Positions 13,472 through 27,055 are shown, counted from the first letter of the whole stretch. The stretch: 63,926 nucleotides of DNA, filler included, from Patellaria atrata CBS 101060 (GCA_010093705.1; 13 parts of 12 records of this genome joined end to end with filler, not necessarily neighbours in it); one strand, 5' to 3'. Numbers and translations: made by a program. The notes: a model not told the origin generated them from the letters alone.

Positions 13472-15702
13472 TTTTTAAATAAATTATTATTATTTTTTTA
13501 ATTTCTTTTATTTTATCTATTATAATTAATTAAAATTTATTAAATTTTTTTAATTTTATTTATTTATAATTTTTATTATTTTCTTTTTATATTTAATTAT
13601 AATATTCTTTTATCCTCTTTTTTTTTATTTATATTTATATAATTTATTATCTATTTTAATTATTTTAATTATTATATTTTATATAATTATTAATCTTTTA
13701 TAATAAATTTATTTATTTTTTACTTTTTTCTTTAAATTTTAATAAAAAATAATTATTAATAATTTATTAAATTAATTTAATATTAATATTATTTATTAAA
13801 ATATAATTATATATTTTAAAGTTAACTTTTTCTATTTAAATTCTTAAAATTTCCTTTTAATTATTTATTATTTATCGACTTTTTTAAAAATATTTTTAAA
13901 TATTTCTTTAAACTTTAAAAATAATTTAAAAATCTTTATTATTTTATCTTTTTAATATTTATTATTATTTTTAAAATAATTTTATATAATAAATTTAAAT
14001 TATTTTAAAATATCTTTTTTAAAATATATTAATATATTAAATATATATTATTTATTATTTATTAATTTTATTCTTTTATAATAAATTTTTATTTAAATTA
14101 AAAATTTTTTTAATTTATTTTATTTTCTATTATATAATATAGATTCTTTAACTTTTATAATTTATTTTTATAATAATAATAATTATATAATAAATTATTT
14201 AAATTAATTTTTAAATTTTTAAATTATCTCTTTATTTTTAAATTTATTAATATATTTATATAATATTTAAATATATTTTTTATTTATTTTTATATTAATT
14301 ATAATTAATAATATTATATTTAAATCTATTATATATTTTTCTATTATATAATAATTATAATATTATAATAAAAGTCTATATTTATTAAAATAAAGTTAAA
14401 TAAATTTAGAAATATATTTAATTTTTTATTTAATATAATTAATTATAAAGATAAATTTAATAAAATAATAAAATATATATAATAAAGATATTTTAAGTTA
14501 TTAATATAATTTATTAATTTTTTAACTTTAAATAATATTTATAATAAAATAAAATAAATTATATAAAAATAATATAATAAATAAAATTAAGTTTAAAACT
14601 ATAATATTTAAATTTATAAATAAAATTAATAGTAAAAATAATTATAAAAAATTTAAATATATAAAAAAAAATTATTCTTAAATATTTCTATTTTTTATAA
14701 TTAATTTAATTATCTATATTTTAATTATTTTAATTATTTAATTATTTAATTATTTTTTCTATAATTAAAATATCTATATATTTAAATATTTAAATTATAT
14801 AATATTTTTAATTATTTTAATTATTTAATTATTTAATTATTTCTTTTATAATTAAAATATTTATATATTTAAATATTTAAATTATATAATTTATTATTAT
14901 TTATTTTATTTATAATTTTTTTAAATAATATTCTTTTTTTTTCTTTATTTATTATTTATATATTCTTATAACTTATAGCTATAATATTTATATATATATT
15001 AATAATATTATAAAAGACTTTTATTTAAAAAATCTATAAAGTATTAATATATAATTATTAAAATATTAATAAAATTTTAAAAAGAATTTTAAGAAATTAC
15101 TATTTTCTAAAAATAAAAAGTATAATAAAGTAAATTATCTTAAAATATAATAATTATATATAAAATAAAAATATAAAATATATATTTTATAAATAAATAT
15201 AATATATTAAACTATTAAAATAAATATAAAATTTAATAATAATAAAATTTATTATAAATTTATTAGAATTTAAAAATTTAATAATAAAAATAAAATATAA
15301 TATAATATTAATTATTATAAAATAATTAATAAAGTTTATTTACTTTATATTAATAAAAATAATAATAATAATATTATAAATAATAATATTAATAATAAAA
15401 ATAATATTAATAAATTATTAAATATTAAAAAAGATTATTTTAAATAAAAATAAATTATTTAAATTAATATTTTAATAAACTTTAATATAAAATTTAAAGA
15501 TAAATTATAAATTATTAATAAACTTTTATTTATTTATAAATAAATAATTAAATTAAAAGAATAAATTAGTTTTTAAAATAATATTTATATAATTATATAA
15601 ATTATTAATAAAATAATTAAATAAAACTATTATTAATAATATAATTTATATATAATAATATAAAATTTAATATTATAAAGATTTTACTCTTTTATATAAA
15701 TT
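13472..15702. repeat. Extremely AT-rich RIP relic containing a decayed L2 LTR (14361-14986)
   Basis: Almost no C/G. LTR recognisable by alignment. ~14990-15700 is the reverse complement of ~40640-41340. Confidence 0.7.
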
Positions 15703-15802
15703 NNNNNNNNNNNNNNNNNNNNNNNNNNNNNNNNNNNNNNNNNNNNTTAATTAATTAANNNNNNNNNNNNNNNNNNNNNNNNNNNNNNNNNNNNNNNNNN
15801 NN

Positions 15803-16084
15803 TCTATCTAGTGTTTATATAATGACAGACCACCTTATTGATTAACCCTTTGACGTCACGAAGCCTAGCTACGTAATCTCCAAATCAAGGCGAACATAAC
15901 GATACTACCTACGTCAGATATAAAATAAGAGATAACATCAAAAGAGTGAGCTAATGTTATAGTTTTGGTGATACTTAACCGATAAGTCGGAGCTGAGCAT
16001 TTAGCTCTGAAGATCTCCAACACGAACTCCTGGAGATCCTGACGATCTTCCAACATAAGGCTATCGGGGATCAGCCATCTGACA
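15803..16084 (-). mobile_element. Copia-type LTR, family R1 (partial)
   Basis: Near-identical to 1-282. Confidence 0.85.
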
Positions 16085-16440
16085 AGAAGTGCTCCAAAAC
16101 GATAAAGAAACACCCGAACACGTTACTAAGTGCGACGCACAAGACTTCGGACAATGCGCAATAAGAGGCATGTGGTGTGATTATCACACAGCATAGAGAT
16201 GGAGAGCGGGAATTAAAAGCAATCCAAGCCACGACGCAGTTATCAAACGAGAATGTCGAAAGCTCGAATGCAAAGAACATCGCAAAGGCCCGTATTACGA
16301 TAGGCACGACAGACTACACTAGACTGAATATGTAGAACCCGGTTGCCCAGCGCATGGCTATGCAAAAAACTACTAAGCCACTCGAAATAGGAACGATCGA
16401 GAAGTATAGCTCCTAAGTTCCTTAGAACCCTACGAAGCAA
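16085..16440 (+). pseudogene. Probable gypsy gag-region remnant with Cys/His motifs
   Basis: Reads …CRKLECKEHRK…HDRLH*TEYVEPGCPAHGYAK, like the H-x-W-x2-C-x4-C-x2-H-x3-K motif I recall from fungal gypsy polyproteins. Confidence 0.45.
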
Positions 16441-16499
16441 CGATAGAACGCTTTAGGTAGATGTTACTATATATAGTGTTAGACGTAAGGGTGCTAAAA

Positions 16500-18340
16500 A
16501 TGATTAAGATAATCGCTCGATTATTTAATAACTATTCTAAAGAGCGTTTAAATATATAAGAATATATAGATAATAACGTTTATACCTACTAGATAATTAA
16601 GAATATATAGATAATAACGTTAATATTTACTAAATAACTATATTAAAGAAATAATACTAATAATTAATATAAGATAATAGAAGATATATTTAATTATTCT
16701 TTCTATTAAGATTTTTAGTTTAATAAAAAGATTTATACTTTAATATATTCTTTTAAAATATATAGATTTAAGAAGAAGATAAATATTTTAATAATAATTT
16801 AATATAATATTTTTACTATTAATTCTTTTTTTAATATATTATTTTTAATATTTATTAAAGCTTTTAAAAATCTATTAATTTTAATTATTTAAGAAAAACT
16901 TTATATTTTTAATAAAATAATAATTTAATAAGATTATTAATTAATATATTAACTATTTATATTTATTTCACTTTTATATAATCTTTTTAGACTTTTTAAT
17001 AAAGTTAATATTAATAAATATCTATATATTTAAGCTTTATTATTAACTAAAATATATTAATCTTAAAGAGATATAAAGTCTATTAAATATTATATAAAAT
17101 CGAGATTTAATACTTTAAATTAAAAGAGATTCTATTAAAAAGATATTATTAAATAATAAACTTTTTAATAATTAAAGATAAAGTTAAAAGTTTAACTTTA
17201 ATATTTAATATAATAATTATATCTTATTTTATAGTTTTCTAATTAATTAATCTATTAAATAGTGAAAAAAGATACTTTTAAAAGCTTTTTTAATTTATAG
17301 AATTATTTATAAAAGAGGTATTATTTATAGAGATAAAAATAAAGTTATTTAATTAATTAAAATATTCTAAAATTAAATATTTAATATTATATAAATATAT
17401 TAAAGTTTATTTTATAATATTAATATATTTATTTAATAAATTAGTTAAATATTTAGATAATTTAAAAACTATTTTTATAATATTTAGTTTTATAATTATA
17501 GCTAGCTAATTAATAGATTTAACTAATTATTAATAATAATAAATTTAAGATTAAGATATTTAAATTATAAAGTATCTTAAAGACTTAATAAATAAAAATA
17601 TTAAAAGAAACTTTTAATAATAAAGATTAAATTTTAAATAAATACTTTTAATATAAATATCTTAATAAAATTATAACTTTTTAACGTTAAAATCTTAGAT
17701 TATATATATATTAAGAAAATATTAAAGATTTTTAAACTTTTTTATAAAGTAAATAATTATTAGTTATATTTTAAATTTATAAAGTTCTTTATTATATTAT
17801 TTTAAGTATAGTAAAACGATATTATCGATATAAAAGAAAATAATTAACTATTTATTTTAAAAGAGATAATTAACTTTAATTATTTAAAAAAGATCTAAAG
17901 CTTTAAAAGTAGTTAATAATATATATTATTATAGTAAAGAGAATCTTTTAAGTTTTATATTAAATAATTAATTCTTAATAACTTTATATTAAAAGATTAT
18001 TAAAATCTTTAAAAGTTTATATTAAAGATTTTTAAAGCTAAATATTTAACTTTAATTTATTAGTTAAATATTATTAAAATTATAATATTAATTTATTCTT
18101 TTAATATTATCTTTTATTTTATATTTAATATAGATAGTATTATTATATTCACTTTAATTTAGAGATTATATAATTAGACTTTATAATATTAAAGAATTAA
18201 TTAATAAGATAATCTATTATTATTTAAATATTAAATAGAATCTATAATTATATAAAAAATTAAATAATTATATTTAATTATTATTAATTTTATAATTATA
18301 AATTTAACTTATATATAATTTTAAAAGATTAATTAAAATT
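16500..18340 (-). mobile_element. Heavily RIP-mutated retroelement relic (probably gypsy)
   Basis: ~18020-18335 is the reverse complement of ~11090-11420; very AT-rich. Confidence 0.5.
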
Positions 18341-21300
18341 TTCTAATATTTTAAATATTATCTTTATTAATTTTTTAACTTTTTTTATCTTTATAATAAT
18401 ACTTTTACTATTTTATCTACTTTTAAATATATTTTTATTTAAATATATTTTTATCTTTTCTAGTTTTAAACTATCTATTTACTAATATATTATCTTTAAT
18501 TTTTACTTTAAAATCTTTTATTATATTAAACTTATCTTTTAATTAAAATATATAGATTAATCTAATTAAAGAAAAAGTTAAAATTAATAAAATATAAAAA
18601 TATATAAATTTTAATATAATAAAATCTTTTAAGATTAACTAATTAGATAAATTAATTAATAATATAATTAATATTTAGCTTAAAAAGTATTATAATAACA
18701 TGTTATAATGCTGATCCCGTATTTCCTATGCTGAGTGTTTGGTTTATTTGCAAGAGATCTTTACCGGGTCGGACGCAGAAAAGATCTCTAAGCGCTGATT
18801 GGTTAAACGGAAGATAGTCGGGCCGAGGCTTGGCAAGGCGGGACTGTTATATGCGGACATTCGGCCCACGATATTATTGTTCCTTAACTTAATCTCCACA
18901 CTTAGTAGTTAGTAATAGAGATAGTCAAAATACGATTACTATAGCTATACTACATTGTCATAAGTATAAACGATAATATAAAATCTATAATAAGGCTAAA
19001 AAAGTTATTATTAATTTATAGAATATTATATATAATTTTATATTATTATTAACGCTTTAATATATTATAAATCTTAAATCGATTTATAAAAAACTTATTA
19101 AACTTAAATCTAGATTTTATCTAGTTAATTACTTATTTATCTTTAAAATATTTAAATATTTAAATATTTTTAAAGCTTTTATTAAAAAGAGGAATATTTA
19201 TAATTAACTTAATAACTATAAAATTATATATTTAAAGAGTAAATAAATTTATTATCTCTTTATTAATATTTTTATATTTAAGATAAAGCTTTTAAAAGCT
19301 ATTAAATAAATAAATAAATATTAAATAATAATAAATTAAATAAAACTAATAAATTAATTTAATAATAAACTTTCTTTTATATTTATTTTTAATAATATAA
19401 TTATAATTAATATTTATAATTATATTAATAATATTTATAAAATTATTAAATAGTATATAATCTATAAATATATTATTAAAATAATATTTATATCTAAAGA
19501 TATAATCTTTATTATATTTTAAGAAGAATTAAATATAATTAAAAACGATAAATTTATTTAATAATATAGAAAGAAATCTTTTTATTTTTATAAATAAAAT
19601 TATTTCTTTAAATTATATTATTATATTAATTTAATTATAATAAAGCTAGCGAATTATTTAAAGAAAATATAATATAAAATTAATAAATAATATAAAACTT
19701 TAAATAAATAAATAAGATTTACTATTAATAAAATTAAAATAAAATTTAAAAATTTCTAAAAATTCTTTTAAAAGTAAGATTAATTCTTTATATTTTTAAA
19801 ATTAAATAAATCTTTAAACTTTATAATAACTTTTATAGTAATAAAATTTCACGAAAATATATTATATAAATTCTTAATCTTTTATATTTTAAATAATAAA
19901 TCTAATATTTATATTTATAATAATTTAATTATATTTAAAATCGAAATAGTATATTCTAAATTAACTTTAAATATAGAATATAAATTTATCTTAATTAATA
20001 TTATTAGAAGCTTTAATATCCTTATAAATATATTTTATAGATAAAACTTTATTACTTTAAATAATGTTTATTTATACTTTTAGTTTCGAATTTCACTAAT
20101 TTTTTAATTAAAAGTTAAAATAAAAGACGTTTTTTATAATATTTAAAAAGATATTTTTAAGAATATTAAAAGTAAATAAATTTATAAAGTCTATAAAATA
20201 GATAGTTATTATCTACTCTATTATATTAAATTAAATATTAATAAGAAGATTATAATTATAATAATCTATTTTAGTTAATTTAAATTATTAATATTAGCTA
20301 TTACTAATAAATAATATAAAATTATAGTATATTTTAACTTAAAAATACTTAAATATCTTTAAGATAATATAATAGATATTAAATTATATAGAAAAAAATC
20401 TTTAATAATAAAATATAAAATATATACTTTAATTAAAATAATAAAGATTATCTTATAAAGATTATAAATTATATTACTCTTAATAAAACTATTTAAGAGA
20501 ATAACTATTAATATAATTTATTTAAAAGAAACTTATAATAAATATAAATACTTTATCTATTTTTATAATTATTTTATCGAATAGTATAAAGCTATTATTT
20601 ATATAAGAAAAAGCGATATTATTTAAATTTATAAAAATTATATTATCTAAATTTTAGTTTAATTTAGATATACTATCGTCTATTTTAAATAAAATAGTAA
20701 GTTAATATTTATTAATAAATTTTATAATAAATTTATTATTATAAAAGAAATTTTAGAACTTTTAACTTCTTATACTTTTATTTAAAATATAAAAGCTAAA
20801 TCTTTTAAAAGAGTAATTATTTTAAGAAATAAAGACTTATATATTAATATTTAACTTTTATATAATATTTAGCTTAAGCTAATATATATAGCTATATATC
20901 TATTAAATAGAATATTAATAAAAAGGCTTAATTAAAAAACTTCTTTTAAATTTATTATTAATAGAAAATTTAATCTTAATTATTTATAAATATATAATTA
21001 TAAAGTCTATATTTTAAATAAAAATATCTTTAAACTTTAAAAACTTAATTCACGTATTTATATTAAATATTTAGTTAATTATAACTTATTAAATATTTTC
21101 TATATTTAAATATTTAGTTTAAGATATATATTCTTCTTTAAAAATATCTATTTTAATGAAAATTTATTTTATAATTCTTAAAATATTAATATTAGTTATT
21201 TACTTAAGAAATCTATAATAGAAGTAATTAATATACTTAAAATATTATTAAATTTCTAAGTAAAAGTAATATAGATAGAATATTTAATAATTTTAAATAA

Positions 21301-22049
21301 TAATAATTTAATAGAAATTATAAATTCTATATTATCTATAATTATTTTATTATTAAATAATACTTCTTTTTAAGATATTAAAAAGTTATTTAAAGTATAT
21401 TTATTTTTATTATAATTAATATTAGATATTATTTTAGACTTTAAGAATTTATTATATAATTTATTAAACTAGTTTATCTAGAATATTATTTAAAAGTTAA
21501 TTAGAAATATTAAAAAAGTTTAAAATTAATTATTAAACTTCTTTATAAATAAAAATATAATAATAAATACTTATTATATTTATAATAAAACCTTTTAAAT
21601 TAATTAAATATTATCTAAATTTAATAAATTAAATATATTAATTAATAAATATTATAGAAATTATATTATTTATTATATATTATTTATCTTTTTCCTTATT
21701 TTTCTTAAAAAGGAGATTTAATTAATTAATTAAATTCACTAAAGTTAACTTCCCTTTATATTATCTCGTTAAAAGAGTATATTAAATTATTAATATTATA
21801 ATAATTAACTATTTATAATTATTTATAAATATAATAAACTTTAAAATTATAGTATATTTATTATTAAAAGAAGATTTAAACTTTTAGATAAAATATAACT
21901 ATTATCTTTAATATAAATCTTTATATATAAATTTAATAAGAAGGAATTTTTAACTAAATATAAAGTATAACTTTATATTAAAGATAATCTTTATTATATA
22001 AAATTAGATATATTCGTCGCTACTTTAACTATATATATTATAAGAGTTA
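18340..22049 (+). mobile_element. Heavily RIP-mutated Ty1/copia internal region
   Basis: De-RIP reading gives the integrase tail (YLLNR…KTPF…HL..YGCK, ~20890-21010) and the RT start (…YKF.K.GFLTKYK..LC..GDL, ~21910-21990). Confidence 0.75.
18691..18962 (+). mobile_element. Solo L3 LTR
   Basis: 272 bp. TSD AGTAT at 18686-18690 and 18963-18967. Much less mutated than its flanks. Confidence 0.9.
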
Positions 22050-22270
22050 TATAATAATGTAGTATAGCTATAGTAATCGTATTTTAACTATCTCTATTAC
22101 TAACTACTAAGTGTGGAGATTAAGTTAAGGAACAATAATATCGTGGGCCGAATGTCCGCATATAACAGTCCCGCCTTGCCAAGCCTCGGCCCGACTATCT
22201 TCCGTTTAACCAATCAGCGCTTAGAGATCTTTTCTGCGTCCGACCCGGCAAAGATCTCTTGCAAATAAAC
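22050..22270 (-). mobile_element. L3 LTR (partial, contig end) inserted in copia RT
   Basis: Matches 22566 onward. Confidence 0.85.
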
Positions 22271-22565
22271 NNNNNNNNNNNNNNNNNNNNNNNNNNNNNN
22301 NNNNNNNNNNNNNNTTAATTAATTAANNNNNNNNNNNNNNNNNNNNNNNNNNNNNNNNNNNNNNNNNNNNAACGGAAGATAGTCGGGCCGAGGCTTGGTA
22401 AGGCGGGACTGTTATAAGCGGGCATTCGGTCCATAATACAATTATTCCTTAACTTAATCTCCACACTTAGTAGTTAGTAATAGAGATAGTCAAAATACGA
22501 TTACTACAGCTATACTACATTGTCACAAGACTAGTTCGTAATAGAGTATCTCCACACGAGAGCGA

Positions 22566-22837
22566 TGTGACAATGTAGTATAGCTATAGTAATCGTATTT
22601 TGACTATCTCTATTACTAACTACTAAGTGTGGAGATTAAGTTAAGGAACAATAATATCGTGGGCCGAATGTCCGCATATAACAGTCCCGCCTTGCCAAGC
22701 CTCGGCCCGACTATCTTCCGTTTAACCAATCAGCGCTTAGAGATCTTTTCCGCGTCCGACCCGGCAAAGATCTCTTGCAAATAAACCAAACACTCAGCAT
22801 AGGAAATACGGGATCAGCATCGTGACACGTCGTCACA
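22566..22837 (-). mobile_element. Solo L3 LTR, unmutated
   Basis: TGTGAC…GTCACA termini; TSD AGCGA on both sides. Confidence 0.95.
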
Positions 22838-23085
22838 AGCGAAGCTTATAGCTCGAGAGATATAACTCGGAAAGATAATAAACCTTATTAACGAGATAGC
22901 GCCCGACTTATAACTAAAGCTATAAGTATATTAAGCGAACGAAGAAGCTATAGAACGCCTTTAAGATAAGATCGATAACCTAAAGGAGTAGACTAAGTAG
23001 TCTAAACTAGACTAAAGAAGCGTCCGGTTCGACGACGAATCTAACGACGAAGAATTATTAGTATTATATAGTCGTAACGACCGAG

Positions 23086-23696
23086 TGTTACAACGGGAGT
23101 CTATACTTATTAAGATAGAACTGGATAAGTCTAGAAACGCGCCTGGCTTCTCACTTAACGTGGTCAACCACAAAGGTAGGTTTGGCAAAGTGATAGGATA
23201 CGTATAACAAAAGGCACTTCAAGTTGACGATACAACTTGCTGACTCCTTGACTTCGGGTAATGCTCACAAAGAGACAAGACGTACTGTATGGAAACAGTG
23301 TAACAAGTGAAGTCAAGTTCAAAACCGTAACATCCAAATCTATGGGTAAGATTGATGGTAAGAATAACTACGAAGAATCTAAATACATGAGGGAAAGACC
23401 GTCCTTAAATATTCCCATCCTCCATAGTCAATTTGGGGTGCTCACACCCTTTTGGACGTGGTGGCCGTTCTGGACGTGGATCTCCTTCTACGTCCTTTAC
23501 GTCCACTACGTCCATAACCTGGGCGTCCTAGACGTGGTGGACGTGGATCCCCCCTTGCGTCCTTTGCGTCCATTGCGTCCATAGTTTCTAGTCACGTGAC
23601 CCCTTGTTACTGGTTTCATCCGTGGTTCTCCCGAGTGGTGTTCCTACTTTCCCCTCACTCGTTGTCTACATGTTCCTACAACTTGTGGCCGTAACA
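23086..23696 (-). mobile_element. Solo L2 LTR, unmutated (611 bp)
   Basis: TGTTAC…GTAACA termini; TSD CCGAG at 23081-23085 and 23697-23701. Confidence 0.95.
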
Positions 23697-24005
23697 CCGA
23701 GCTAGAATAGTCGACTTAACTGAAAGCTTTAGAAGTAGAGGCGACGATAAGATAAAGAAGTTCCCCGATCCACTAAAACTAACCGATAGTAAAAAGTTAA
23801 CCTATAAGGAGTAGAAGAGTAAGATAAATAATAAGCTCCACGTTAATAGCGACTAGTTCTAAGACGAAAGGGTGAAGACTACCTATATTAAGATATAGAT
23901 TAGTGGCGAGGTAGCTAAATATATATACCCTTTCTTAGAATTGGAGAAGGACGATATAACCTTAATAATGCTAATAAGATTCCTAGACTAAATCTATAAG
24001 GACCT

Positions 24006-24517
24006 AACTGCAATGCTTAAATCAGTAAATGTATAACTGATTTAAATGTGGACCGTGCGCACCTGAAGAGCAGGGGTATTACTGATTTAAAAAACTTGCT
24101 GCAAATCAGTAAAGGGTAAATCTTCAAGTAAATGCAGATATAATTCGATAGAAAGGTAAAATCAACCTTACGCAATCAGCCGGTCAAATTAGATTTTTTA
24201 TATCGCTTTTAGTTCCTTTAATACAGCCTGCGATATAAATCGCTGGTCAGGAATATTGATGGGGTCACTTTCTATCTATGCGTCCCTACTGGCGCTATCC
24301 CTCCAACCAATTAAAAGAAGAAGAAGGAGAAGAAGCGAAGAAAGTCCGAATAGAAGAAATAGAATATCTCCCTCTCTCTATTCTCCCTCTCCTTTGTTGT
24401 AACTCCCTTTTCATTATGCTTATCAATATCAATGGATCAATTTAATACCCTTTTTATTCATATTCCATGCTATCGTGTCGCCGTTTGTAAAGAATGTCAC
24501 GTTGGTATAGTAAAGGC
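24006..24517 (+). mobile_element. DUF3505-element subfamily A left end with ORF start
   Basis: gaCCT^AACTGCAATGCTTAAATCAG. ATG at 24432 gives MDQFNTLFIHIPCYRVAVCKECHVGIVK. Confidence 0.88.
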
Positions 24518-24617
24518 NNNNNNNNNNNNNNNNNNNNNNNNNNNNNNNNNNNNNNNNNNNNTTAATTAATTAANNNNNNNNNNNNNNNNNNNNNNNNNNN
24601 NNNNNNNNNNNNNNNNN

Positions 24618-24919
24618 TATATACTAAAGAGCTACTGAGGGTCGTTGAGATATCTGTTGAGATAGTGGAGTCCGTTGAGGACGAAATAAACAATTGTTGA
24701 AGAGAGACTTTTTCGTGCTCCATGCTACTCTGTGGTTGACATCTGACAGATAGTTGATAGATCCACCAAAGGACCCATACTTCAACAGTACCCATGGTCG
24801 CCAATAGCACCAATACTCCAACAGCGCCACCATCTAACAATACTTAACTTATAAGTCGGAGCCGAGCACTTAGCTCTGAAAACCTCCAACATAAGGCTTG
24901 GGAGATCAGCCGTCTGACA
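24618..24919 (-). mobile_element. Copia 3' LTR (partial)
   Basis: Minus strand: purine tract GGAAGGGTG directly followed by TGTCAGACGGCTGA. Confidence 0.85.
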
Positions 24920-27052
24920 CACCCTTCCAGCTCGAGGAGCTTGGGGACAGCTGCTCGGGCTGAACAATAGTCCTGATGGTGTCTGGGGTGCAAATGGAGA
25001 GATTTCGAGAGGTGTTCTTATGCTTTCTCCTCTGTTCGTGTTCATGGATGTGATGCTTGATATCAGCCATTCCAAGCTGGTTGAGAAAGGATTCGTGGTT
25101 CTGACGACTAAGAAGCTTTGTAAAGCCGTCAGCTGGCATTTCAGTCGTAGATCTCCACTCCAATCTGATACGTCCGGACTGAACTTCCTGTCGCAGCCAG
25201 TGCTGGTGGATATCCACGTGTCTGAGCTTTGTTGTCAGCTGAGGCGTGTCAGCCTTAAGGAGACGTAAAGTCTGTTGGTTATCGCATAAAATCGAGATTT
25301 GATGCTCTGGATCAAAAGAAATTCCATTGAAAAGGCGTTGCCAAGCGATGAGCTCTCTAGCAGTTAGAGATAGAGCTAGAAGCTCAGCTTCAGTGCTTGA
25401 CGTAGTAACTGTATCTTGTTTTGTAGCTTTCCAATCAATTGGTCCACCGAATAGTGAAAAAAGATACCCTTGAGAGCTCTTTCGATCTACGGAATCATCT
25501 GCAAAGGAGGCGTCACTTGCGGAGATGAAAATGGAGCCATCTGATTGGTTAGAATATTCCAAAGCTAGATGTCTAGTGCTATATAGATATGCTATAGCTT
25601 GTTTTGCAGCATCGATATGCTTGTCTGACGGATTAGTCAGATATTTGGACAGCTCAGAAGCCGCCCTAGCAACGTCTGGTCTCGTGGACGTGGCTGGCCA
25701 GTTGATGGATCCAACTAGCTGCTGATAGTGGTGAATCTGAGATTGAGATGCTTGAGTCGTAGAGCGTCTCAAAGGCTCAATAGGTAGAGGTGTTGAGGGA
25801 AACTTTTGATAGTGAAGGTTGAATTTTGAGTAGATGTTCTCAATATAAGCATCTTGACAGAGCCATAACTTCCTAGCGTCAAGATCTCGGATTACTCGCA
25901 TGCCGAGGAAATACTGAAGATCTCCGAGATCCTTCATGGGGTAGATAGCCATCAGTTGTGCTTTGAATTCGTGGAGTTCTTGGCTATACTGTTTTGAGCA
26001 CAGCAAAACGATGTCGTCGACGTAGAAGAAGACGGTTAGCCACTCGTTCTGAAAGAGACAGTTAACTCCAATCACCTGAGAGAGGCCTAGAGCTTCGAGA
26101 GTAGTTGATAGCGTGCGCCACCACAGTAAGGGGGACCTTTTGAGTCCGTATAGAGCTCGTTTGAGACGAAGCGCAGTCCCGGGCGAAGAGAATCCTTCCG
26201 GTGGGAGGCAAAACACTTCTTCGTCAACAGGACTATTTACAAAAGCGTTAACAGCATCTAAATGCAGAGCTATCAAGTCGAAAGCGGCTGCGATAGATAG
26301 CATAGCTCTCATAGTACGCATGGCTAGAGTAGCGGCGAACGTGTCCAGTTCTGTGTAGTGGAGATCACCTCTAACACAAAGTCGCGCTTTGTATTTGGTC
26401 AGAAATCCCTCCTCGTCGAATTTGTACGTAAAGACCCACATTAGGGGCAACAGTTGTGCTCCGTCTGGAAGCTCAGATCTCCTTTCAATAGTAAACGTGC
26501 CACGATTTTGAAGCTCGTTATACTCACGAGTAGCTGCAGATAGCCAGTCGTCACGATACTGGTGGCTCAATACACCCTTCCAGCGAGACGGTACGGGGGG
26601 GAGCTGACTTCGGTGAATCCGGTTAGTTGGCTGAATCTCCTTTTTAAGGGAGGTGAGGAAAGAGGTGAACAATGCATGGTGGGTGGTACGACCTCTACGG
26701 CGCTTACCAGTCAATATATTTGACTCATCAAATTCAGACGATATCTGATTAGCTCGAGGGGCTTTGTTTTGAGTCCGACAAGTGCTTATTATTATATTTT
26801 CACCTATAGAGGAGCCTGGTGACTGATCCCGAGCTTTTTCGGTATCCCTAGCCAGCCCCTGAGCCGTCTCCTGGACAAGTTGGTTTGACGGATCTTGTGA
26901 TGGATCCTCAGGGTCCGAATCAGCATCTGGTGTTGGTTGTGGCGAAGGCAGGTATGCTCCGGACGACTTTTCAGTGTCGTGGAGGGGAGCGGTGCTTAGT
27001 ATGGGATCTGTTGTTCCTATCGGATTGTCATTGTCTAAGATTACCGGATATT
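24906..27052 (-). CDS. Ty1/copia polyprotein C-terminal part (RT, RNase H); open frame, 5'-truncated
   Basis: 602-aa ORF (LPLMWVFTYK, LYGLKRSP, FYVDDI, SDASFADD, RHVDIHQHWLR). The frame stays open upstream to ~27052, where the DUF3505 element begins. Confidence 0.95.
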
Positions 27053-27055
27053 CCT

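Larger units (their letters stand above)
22371..24005 (+). mobile_element. L3 gypsy 5' LTR (to 22527) plus gag remnant carrying two solo LTRs
   Basis: Gag-like KKFPDP.KLTD.KKLTY.E.KSK..NKLHVNSD.F…LD.IY.D at ~23755-24005. Truncated by a DUF3505 element. Confidence 0.75.

Noticed and set aside
23261..23584. 107-aa ORF with WTW/LRP repeats
   Set aside because: It is a translation of LTR tandem repeats inside a TSD-flanked solo LTR.
25020..26358. Plus-strand ORFs over copia pol (and similar antisense ORFs over host genes)
   Set aside because: They are shadow ORFs of the true coding strand.
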